Assembly (NCBI GenBank): GCA_050084515.1
Contig: CM114271.1
Coordinates: 7,254,001-7,318,000, forward strand
Reading direction: 5' to 3'
Length of the DNA: 64,000 nt
Source: Blasia pusilla
Taxonomy: Eukaryota
A program made the position numbers and the translations under genes. The notes beneath the pieces are model-generated. The model had not been told where the DNA came from and did no database searches. It saw nothing but the letters and a program-made list of their open reading frames with translations. Below are positions 53,700 to 64,000 of this stretch, piece by piece; position 1 is the first letter of the stretch; every line of letters starts with the position of its first letter.

Positions 53700-56250
53700 C
53701 ACCTCGTCCCATAAACTGCACGGGTAAGTGACTCATCCGCCCGTCACCCGACCGCCACCCTGGCCGATAAGCAACGGTCTCCTCCCACAAGTCAAGGATG
53801 AATCTTAGGGGATATAACAATATACTCCCCACCAACTCATCGTATGACTCAGCTAGTGTCATAATCGCACGTTTGCGCACCATAGCACTATGCGTCGCAT
53901 GCTCTGGCTAGACTCTGACAACTATCTCATGTCGAGTCATATACTGCGTGGGTGACATGCCCCCAATCGAGGTCTGTATGTAGAAGGGACAAGTCTCAAT
54001 GTCGGCCTTCCATAACCCCAACGCTAAACAAGTCGCCTTCCCTAACATCAAGAGTTGCACTCCCGAATCAAGTGGGACGCGCTCTAGGTGGTATACTATC
54101 CCCGTTCGACTAACCAAGCAAAATACTCCAGATCGATTATCCCATAACACTACACCAGATGTCACCACTGCTTGCTCTATGGCCGATCGAGCTGGCATAT
54201 CTACCAAGTTTGCGACCGCCGCATGTCATGAGTCTGTGGGGGACGTTCCGAGCACCTCCTTCGAGGGCCAGTCCACCACCTCTCAACTACCTCTGAACAA
54301 GAGGCAATCACCTCTCCACGCTCACACAACGTGGCGGCCAGCCGGAACACCTCAGCTGGTCCAACTCCCAACGTCGCCAACTCTATGGCAGAACATAGCG
54401 AAGTCTGGCTTACTCTGGTGGCCACCTCCAACACTATGGTCGACACTGACTCCACTCGAGCCGGCATAGGAGTTGTCACTCCAACTTCTTGTGACGTCGA
54501 CGCACCTGCCTAACCTGTTGGCACCGCTGATCAACGAGGCACCATCGATGGTGTGTGTAGTGCCTCCCACAATGTGAATGACTTTGGAACCGTGGCCTGC
54601 CGCCCATCAGTCCCCTCTGGTAGGTCAATCTCAACTCCACCTCTCGATGGCTCAGTACCTCTCGCAACACCCCGAGTCACCACTACATCAGCCTCAACGT
54701 GAGTTGCACTACACATAAGCCCATACTAGTGAGATCCTCACCCCGGTGAGGGTAAGAGGTAGAAGTTGGAGCCACACTAGTTGCTCACGGATCCGTGCCT
54801 GCCCTGAGTTACATCATCGTGATGGCAACAATCCTCTGCTCCAACTGATCGATGCATGAGAGAAGTGTCGGCTCTGGTGCTCCTGCTCCATCTCCTCTGG
54901 CTGGTGGTGGTCCTCTACCACCACATCCAGGAACAACTCCCCGACTTCCTCCAGGATGACCACCCCCAGGCCCTCGGCCTACCTCTGGACGTGCCTCTCG
55001 ATGAAGGTCAAAACATCTATCCATAGTGTGACCATATCTGTGGCAATAGTCACACTGGTGGGGCCATCCTCTATCTGAGCAATCAGAGGCGCTCGTGGTC
55101 CTCTCCCATGTTGTGTGCAGTCTCTCTGCCTATGGGCTCCTCCACACATCCAACAAGACAACATCGGTCCCTGTTGGGCAACATATGTAGATACGGGTTG
55201 TTGCCTCATAGGCTCACAGTACCCGCCCTGCTCTCTGGGCACACTGGCCCACTCCCGTGGTACTGGTGCTCGGTGTGGCACGTGTAGGGTCACCGTCACT
55301 TGTGGACCCGTCAACTCTCGAGAAAATCCAGCAGTCACTACCTCCTCATCAATCATGTTGAGCTGAATATGCTCAGACAACTCGAAGATCACCTCCAATG
55401 TGGGCCTTGCTGTGTGAATCAGTACCGCATCTCGGACTCTCCTCCATAGTTCTCGGTCCAAAACCACGAACCAATTGACTGACTTCGCCTCAATCACTCC
55501 ATACGTAGCAATGATCAGCCTCCTCATGCGCGTAAATGCCTCTCTCTGACTCTCACGTGATCGTTGCTGAAAATCATATAGACTCTTCAGCTTGTCGGTG
55601 CGTATGCCCTAGTAGCTCTTCCCCAACTATGGGAAGAACTCCACTATAGGACTGAAGATGGGTGGCCCTCTACCACCAAAGGTCTCTGCCACATCGCCTG
55701 TCTCACTACCCTCCTTTCCATCTAGTCTCTGGGCTGATGGTGTGGGTCTCTCTCCCCTCATGATCCCATCATATGCCTCGCAACCACTAGTGGACACATA
55801 CTCTGGAGCCCAATACATCCTCCAAGCATCAATCTTTAGTGAAAAGAGCGATCAAAACTCCATGTAGTTATCCATCGGAGGACCCTCCAAGTGCTGCAAC
55901 AATCCCTTCAATGCCATGAAAGGGTTGAACCGTGTCAGGGTCCGTATCTCTTGGAAGTTGCACCACGTGTCGAACTCCTGGATAAAATCATATAAGTCCA
56001 TGGTGCCCTCTACACCCGAGAAACAACACATGCCCCAATGGCCCATGTCGTACATCTCTTGCCAAGTTACATTGCCTCCGTCTGCGATCACGTCACCAGA
56101 CCTGGTGTCTAGTGATGACAATTTAGCCAAGGATAGATGTCGAGGTAGCTCCTCACTGGTAATCCTCAGTATCTCACATCCACTCCATGTCACACCACTA
56201 CTACTGCTCGCACTACCCCGTTCTTCCAAACCCTGGAAGAACACCGTGAT
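53700..56250 (-). pseudogene. E3 gag and protease regions (decayed)
   Basis: LYDFIQEFDTWC, CWMCGGAHRQRDC knuckle, VPLDSGVQ. Confidence 0.7.
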
Positions 56251-56848
56251 GACAACCCGGTCTCACCCGCTCAAGTACTCAAACTCACCAAGAGTCTCCC
56301 ACACTCCTCAGTAGCTCACCCACGCTAATGGCAATCCCGTGACGACATACTCCGCCTCACGCACACTCAACACTTGGGCTCACCATGAGCCTCCCAACTA
56401 ACTCACCTAAAGCACAGATACTCTCAAGTCATACACGTGACCCCTACTCGGCAACCGCCGTATATCCACATACATGCCACAGGGAGGGGCCTAAATGCAT
56501 GGCCCTTGGCCCTATAAGGCCTCCCCAGCCCTAAATGCGCGGGGGAGAAGAGTCGCGACGGCTCGGCTTCCCGGCCTCTGCCCTAACCCTAACCCTAGAC
56601 CTAGCCCTAATCTCTAGCCGCCTTTACTTAACAGCCCCACAGTGGCTGCAAGGCCAAGCTCTCCTTTCCCTCTATCTCGTCACTCATGGTCGGCAGCACA
56701 CTCGTGAACTCCCGCCCTTTCATGCCTTGCTACACTCAGGTGCTCTCTCTCAAAAATCTGCACATGTGAAATCTACAAAACAACGAACAACGCTTCTGCC
56801 CACGGCCTTCCAAACACTACAAACAACGAATTCCCACCAACCCCTTGA

Positions 56849-56862
56849 CATCTTTCTCATGT
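56849..56862 (-). promoter_or_regulatory. E3 primer-binding site, self-complementary type
   Basis: Minus strand ACATGAGAAAGATG abuts X and is the exact complement of minus-strand 57037-57024. Confidence 0.75.
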
Positions 56863-57342
56863 AAAAATAAAGAGTAGTAAAAATGACACACCCAGCCTAA
56901 AACTCCACTCCTCAATCTACATCGACATATCGAGCCTCATCCACCCTGCGCTATCAAAGAATCCGGATGCTAGCACCCTAGTCCTATCTCACACACATAC
57001 AAGAGAGGTGCTCCAACGGCCCAACATGAGAAAGATGGCTTTGGAAAGGCATCTCCCTCCCTTATATAGGGTTGGGAAGAGCCAAAAGGCTCTTCCCCTA
57101 AAGATAGCTATCCTCATGGTAACCTGCGCACACAGGTTATCAAAGGCGAGTGACCTGCTCAAGAAGTCACCTAACTGTGAAAGACCTCAACAAGAAAGTT
57201 TTTAGAAACAACATTCCTGACACAACGGACATATCCTCAACCTCATCCAACACCGCGGGACAAAGTTACGCTCAAGAAAGTCCGTTGGCTCCTATGCCCT
57301 ATCCACGATAGATCTCGGCCTATCGGCTACTCAAATATGACA
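56863..57342 (-). repeat. E3 long repeat X (5' copy, carries promoter)
   Basis: Matches 48342-48821; TATATAA on minus strand at 57068-57062. Confidence 0.9.
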
Positions 57343-57819
57343 TGCAATGCCCGTGTGTGCAACCCTTCTTGTGGCGATCATGATGTGCCTTAAGTCAAAA
57401 ATATGTGGGCACAAGTAGGAAGCTTTTGTTGGTCAGAATTTTCAAGTGTCGATATATGAAGCAATCAGCATGAAATGGGTATCTCTCATAATAATATAAA
57501 TTATATAGTTGCATAAGAAATCCCTGAGGGGTAGAGTACATCCGATAGCCCCTATTCAAAATGCTAACAAGGACTGGAAACCTAAACTCAACTCCCTACT
57601 CCTCAAGATTTAGAATTCAAAGTCTAACATGTTGTCTTGCTTGGCATGTTCAAGCTTAAGAAGTATGATATATTTTGAGACCCATCTTGAGATACTAGCT
57701 GTTCTTCTAGGAACTAGAAGGAGATTATATAAGGGTTGATAGATTAGCCAACCAAGGGAGTTACAACTTTAAGCAAGGCATTAATTTTCAAATTTGGTAT
57801 TTCGCTCGTATTATAATTT

Positions 57820-57876
<57 letters not shown>
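57820..57876. repeat. Compound (AT)n(AG)n microsatellite
   Basis: Directly visible. Confidence 0.95.
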
Positions 57877-57878
<2 letters not shown>

Positions 57879-59653
57879 CGTTCCCGAAGAGGACTAAATT
57901 ATCATTAAATTCTTCCAATTCAACCAACAAGGATCCTCTCACTAGTTCTTCAAGTACAGACATCTTCACTTAGAACAAATTATATTCGCATGTTCAATCT
58001 TCTCTTTGGAGTCATCAAATACTTCTTAAAACACTCTCTCAAGTGAGATAAGGTCTCGACAAGGAAAATGGGATTTAAGAATGACCTTGCAAATTCTATG
58101 ATGCTTTCTTGCTATAATAACTTAATCTATACTGTAGTTACTCTCTGTCAAACTGATTCCTAACACCACACACAAAGTACGACACCTCTCTTAAGCCCTC
58201 TATAAGCGGCATACTCATGCATCTCCAATCAAATCAAGATCATCAACTCCACATGCATAACATAACAATGTAGAAATTTTATTCATCCATCAAGAGGTCA
58301 AGAAGTCCTTGAATATGCACACATCCCAACCCCTTCTAGTTGTGGCCAAGTCACTCTTATTGTGTCCCTACCCAAGACTAAGTCAAATAAACTACCTTTA
58401 CTACTTTCGTGTCCTACTTTTACACTACTCTTCCTCATCTCTCACGCGTGCTTCCACCAAGTTCTCATTCATCTTAGTCTACCTAGGCTACTCATCAAAT
58501 CCTCTAGCAACCTAAATCAGTCGTCTTACGGTCACCCTACTTAGTGATCCCTAATCATTACGGACTATATATGCTACCTCTACAGTTCTACATCTCCAAC
58601 ATTGTCGTTGATACATGTCTTTTACTACCTTTGTTTACTACTCTTACTAACTTATGTCTTCGCGGAAATTCCTCTTAAAGAGTCCTTGTCGAAGATTCTC
58701 ACTCTTTGTAGTATATATGTTGCACAATCCTCATAAAGATTGCACCAAGTCCTCTTCTTTCCTCCCTATTCTCAAGAAGAATCCTTGCTATGAGAGGCTC
58801 TTAGTCTTTGTCTTTGTATTTTGGTTCCTTACTCTTCACACGTCTTTGCAAAGACCCAAAATAATATTCATTTTGACCTCTTCTCTTGAGATCCTTTGAA
58901 CAATCGTTGCCAAGATTTCCTCCATTATCCATCACAAAGATCCTCAACAACAATGATAACCACTAGTCCTTTTCTACCATTCTAAAGAGTTCTTCACCAC
59001 AATCTCCTTACAACTAAGGTTCCAAGCATTTAGCTTTACATTCTCACTATCTTTGACTCAAATAAACAACAAAATTAGTATCACCAACCAAATATAGTCA
59101 CCACAACTCATTAGATTGAGAATTGTGATACCAATCGTCCCCTACAAAACTTGATAGGACTGCCCCTAGTTCATTCTTGTCAAGCCAACTCAAATCTTCC
59201 ACTTCACATGGCTTGGTATGCAAGATTAGTCATGGATCAACAATGAGATTAGAATTAGACTCTATATCCCTCTAAAGGAGTACATCTATTTTAAAATAAG
59301 ATTTGAAGGATGCATTTTGAAACATAAGACTTCACAAAGAAAATGACATCTATTCATAAACAATTTTTAATTCCAAAATATATATATTTGGTCCCTTGTT
59401 AATTCCTCCATCTTTGGCCTTCAATACATAGGGTATGTGATTGGAAAAGTGGTAAGAGGAGGCTAAGTCCCCTAATTCCTACTTTGAATGGAAAGTTTGA
59501 TCTATTTGGTTTTCAATTTATCAAATGTTGACTAGATCTTAAATGCAAAAGTTCCAATATAGTAAGATTGCTTTCTATCTAGCCTTAATAATACAAACAT
59601 GCCAAAAATAGTAGTTTTTTAAATTGATATTGTATCACTAATACTTATATGGT

Positions 59654-62600
59654 TGTCGTGCGCATACACATCACTACACAACATACATCGCTATCATCGA
59701 ACACACCCACGATCCCATGCTAACTCATGACATCCATACAGAGAGGCAAGAAGTACAAAATATCTCCAATAAAGTAAGATCCAATCTCTCTACACCATCT
59801 CACACCATAGCTCTTAAAGGTGTGCACTCTCTTAATGAAAGGCTTGGGTTACACTCACAAGGAAAGGGACCATAGCTCCGCCGCCTCATGCCAAGAGGTT
59901 CAACAAAGAGAGAATGAGCTCTCAAGCTCTCTCTCCTTGAGGTATACCCCCTTCCCTCTCCCAAGCCCTCTCAACGATAACCTATGCTCGCAGGTCACCT
60001 CCTTCGCTCTTGACCAGCTGTAGCGGGTCAAGGGCCACTTCCCAAAGTGTAAATTCAACTATCCCCAACATGGAAACTTACACAACATAGTAAGTTTCTC
60101 TATATGGCTCCAAATGAGCTGAAACGAAGGGGAAACCTGCTCTCTCAGGTTTCCTGGGGCCTGAACAAGTCATCCTCGACCTCCTGGGCCTGTCCTTCAC
60201 TACTCGTGCAGACACTCTCCTAGATCCCACCGATCTATCCTAACAGTCGTGAGAGCTGTCGTGCGCATACACATCGCTACACAACAAACATCGTTGTCAT
60301 CGAACACACACCCAAACACACACGATCCCATGCTAACTCATGGCATCCATACACAGAGGCAAGAAGTACCAAATTATCTCCAATCGCCCCCCTAGCTGGT
60401 GGTTAGGTCCTTGTAACTCCAGATAGCCATCTATCCTTACCTACCACGACATACACCTCTAGGACGCTAAGAGCAGAAAGGTCGGGATATTCATGTGACC
60501 CCATCATTAGTCGACTTCTTATCATCCATGTCACGGAAAAAGTCATAATCGAAACCTACCTAGCATCTCCTCTATGTCCATCAGGGGCACACCCATCATC
60601 CCCGAGGAACCCTAGTGAGAGGTGGCATCAGACATGCCATATGCCAACCTCTCGAACATCCATCACAGACTAGCATCGTGGCCACACCACGAGCAGAACC
60701 ACACAACATACAACGCAAGCCTGCAGGAACTACTGTTGAGCTCGGATCTACTGTACCATCAATGTTAGGAAGGTGACATGGCGCATAATTACGCACATGG
60801 TCCTACCATACCATACCATCGCATAACTCCAGCAAGAGAACACCGGATGGCAAAATGTCAGGTACTCTCAGAATAGTGCGCCCTGCAATCACATCCAACG
60901 TCGTCGGTGCCGTCTGCTGCAAGTAGACATAATCTCCTTGATGAAACCTCGGGATAGTAGGTCGATAACCACCACCCCGAATAGTCGCATACCTCAACGT
61001 CTCTCGATGTTGCGCAATCGCCAAGTTCTCAAACGCCATGGGCATCACTCTCCAAAACAACGCAACCCCCTAAGAACATGCTCGCATCTATACATTTGGG
61101 TCATCAAGGTCCAGCACCTCACCAGCATCTCGACGAATGGCCGTAGGTAAATTTGGCTCTCGGCCATAAAGTAGCAAGTACGATGAAAAAGATGCAAAGG
61201 ATGCCTGCCTGCTGAATCTATATCCCATTGCCAACCATGGCAATTGGAGGTCCCAATTTCCTAGGTGATCTCTCTGCAAGCCATACTTGCGTAAACCCCT
61301 CTTCACCGTCTGCACAACTCTCTCCGCTAATCCATCCGCCTCCGGATGATCTCGCGAAGTCGTGCGGTGGTTGATCAGCGCCTGATCACACAAGGCCTCG
61401 AACTCACCGTGAAACTCGATACCTTAGTCTGTCAACGTCTCTGCCGGTGCACCATAATGACTAAGCACTCTGTCAAGGAAGGAATAAGCTACTCCCTCAC
61501 TCGCTTTGTCAGGAAATGCAACCAACTCAATCCACTTCGAGAAGTGCTCGACCATCACCAACACATAGAACGACTGTGACGCTCCGTAAAAGGAAAAGGT
61601 CCTGCAAAATCCAAACTCCATCTATACCATAAGCCCATAATCGATAATGGATGCAACTGTGGAGTCGAAGCAGTGAATGATGCTCACACCCGATCACACA
61701 CCATGCACCTGGCAACAAACTGTTGAACGTCAATTTGCATGCCTCGTCACCAATACTGAATCTAGAGCAAGCAGTACGTTCGCTTCAACCCAAAGTGACC
61801 CAACTCCTCATGGGCATGTTGCATTAGTCGTGCTCTCTGCAAAGGATGCGGCACTATGCGTACTCTACCATCCTCCCAAACCCTTAAGACATGTGTCCCC
61901 TCCCAACGGAACCGTCTCGCCCGCTGTAGGATCCGATCCCACAATCCAGCACCCACGGTGCTTGCAACCTCACTCGCAACGCTGCCAATACGAAGGTACT
62001 CCAAGACTACTCCATCATCATGAATATCTCGGCCACCTGTCGTCTCCTCACCGGCCTTGGGATACAAGGACTCTCCACTAGACTTCGCCATCAAAGTCTC
62101 CACAGTCTGGCTCTCTATAGCCAACATGCCTAAATAGGCTGAAACGTGCCATCCTCGCACTGACTCCTCATCACTCTCTCCATGCCATCGAGCTCTAGTC
62201 GCATCTCACTGACTCTGGCATGGGTTACGACTCAACCCATCTGCATCCTGGTTGAGCATCCCAAGTCTACGTACCACCTAAAAATCATACTCTTGCAACA
62301 CCAAAGCCCATCTCGCAAGCTTCCTTGTAAGCTTGTCGGACTACATCAACCACTTCAGTGGTTGATAATCAGTGGTGATGGTAAAGGGGTTGCCGAATAA
62401 GTAACACCTAAAATGCACGATAGCCCACACTGTAGCCAAGCACTCGCCCTCATACGAGTTGTACTTCACCTCTACAGCGTTGTTCGAGCGGCTAGCGTAA
62501 GCCACCATGAACTTTCTACCCTCATCATCATGTTGGGTGAGCACTGCTCCAAGCCCCAACATGCTCCAATCTGTGAGCAACTGGAAAGGACGCCCCCTGA

Positions 62601-64000
62601 TCGATCTCCTCAAGATGGGCGCGGACATCAACCTGTCTCTGAGCAACTGAAATGCTCGCTCGTGCTCATCCCCCTAGTGCCACTCGTGATCCACCTTGGT
62701 CAGTAAGGTTAAAGGCTTCGCAATCAAACTGAATCCCTTGACGTACCGCTGATAGAAGTTTGCCAATCCCATGAATGCGCGAACACGGCTTAGATCTGTA
62801 GGGCATGGAATGCGTGATATAGCCTCTACCTTTGTCTGCTGAACATCAAGGCCACCTGGGTATATTGTATGATCCAAGTACTCAATCTGGTCGTAGAAGA
62901 ACTTGCACTTGCCTGGATGTAGCTTCAGCCCATGTAATTGCAATCGTCGAAATACCTCCTCTAGATGTCACTCATGCTGCTCAACCGTGGCACTAAAGAC
63001 TACGATGTCATCAATATTACACCTAGCAAAATTCAGACCATCCAAGATCTTATCCATGACCCTTTGAAATTCAGTCGGGGCATACTTTAAACCAAATGGT
63101 AAGAACGCCACCAGTACAAACAATCCTTCCTGTGAGGATCGATGCCCCAAAATGCCGTCTTCTACCTGTCATCCAATCTGATAGGTAGTTGATGGTATCT
63201 GGCTCGCAAATCCAATGAATTGAAGACCTTTGCGTGACCAATCGCATCAAAGATCTCCTCACGGGTGGGCATGGCATACCTATCGGACTTCGTCTGTCGA
63301 TTGATAGGTCGGTAATCCCCACTTATCCGTCCAATTGCCATCCACATCCTTCTTGGCGGGCATGACAATGGCAGATGCATACTCCCCATGCGACATCTCC
63401 ACTAGTTCTGCTCTGACCAAGTCTTGGCTCCTACTCTGAATCAGAGCCCTCTCCATATCACTGTACTTTTGGCGTACTTGCAAATCATCCCAAGAAGTCC
63501 AAGGGTATCTCTCCCGATCACCCCTGGTGTATCAATCTGCTCGGGTCTCGCCCCTAGCCACTGCCTCAACTATCTCGATAAGCATGGGGCTCACCAACGC
63601 AACAACTATGATGTGTCGTATCCTCAAAAGACGTTGCTCAGCTTCTCCTAAGCTAAAAATCCATGTCAAGCAGTTCACGTCCATTGGCTAACCCAAAACA
63701 TGACGTCGTGATGCCTTCGATAGTGACGATACTATCGTCACTCCTGTGGGGAATCCCATCTCTTGCTCTCGCTCATAGGCGTTCGGCTCCACCAACCTCT
63801 GTACCTGGTCATACCAAACCAAGCCAGGTCCGGCCTCCTTGAATGCAGAGAAAGCGGTCGAACTCACCAATGTGGGAAAGGCGGCTTGTGGCATGCTAAT
63901 CATGTTGACCATAGTCAACGGCGGTTGATCATCGTGCCTCACTCCCTATGATCAACGGCCTGGATCTAATATAGAATCTACCAACAAATCAGAGGGATGC
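59654..64000 (-). mobile_element. E4: same family as E1, runs off the window end
   Basis: Y 59654-59770, X 59771-60254, GC, Y 60257-60384, PPT-like tract; PHD ~60575-60716, IN, RH, RT, and DNMT C-terminal part (EREQEMGFPTGVT...RRHVLG) 63660-64000; X and Y resemble those of E1. Confidence 0.9.

Larger units (their letters stand above)
48204..57342 (-). mobile_element. E3: full-length Gypsy-type retrotransposon (gag-PR-DNMT-RT-RH-IN-PHD) with split direct repeats
   Basis: 4-bp TSD TGCA at 48200-48203 and 57343-57346; ends TGTCATG...ATGACA; Y 48204-48341, X 48342-48821, GC, Y 48824-48962, PPT-like tract, ORFs, X 56863-57342. Confidence 0.95.

Noticed and set aside
59126-59133. TGGTATCA (tRNA-iMet PBS-like) on the minus strand, suggesting an old LTR element at 57350-59640
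   Set aside because: Only an 8-nt match; no recognisable LTR pair or protein motif

Overview
Eukaryotic (land-plant, probably non-seed plant such as a bryophyte; inference) genomic DNA with GT-AG spliced genes: the 3' end of an RCC1-repeat gene, a DUF616 (TOD1/MUCI70-like) glycosyltransferase gene, a single-exon SAM-dependent methyltransferase and a Gfo/Idh/MocA oxidoreductase. About half the window is four decayed copies (E1-E4, all minus strand, E2 nested in E1) of an unusual Ty3/Gypsy-type retrotransposon group. These elements (i) carry a DNMT3-like C5-cytosine methyltransferase domain between protease and RT and a PHD finger after the integrase; (ii) have split direct repeats (X-ORFs-Y-nn-X-Y) rather than two LTRs, yet encode a DDE integrase and make 4-bp TSDs; (iii) carry an internal att-like junction (GACA-nn-TGTC, a perfect palindrome in E3); and (iv) have a PBS complementary to their own predicted transcript 5' end (self-priming). 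Together this suggests integration by a DDE integrase from a circular two-LTR cDNA cut in the middle of the LTR (inference).
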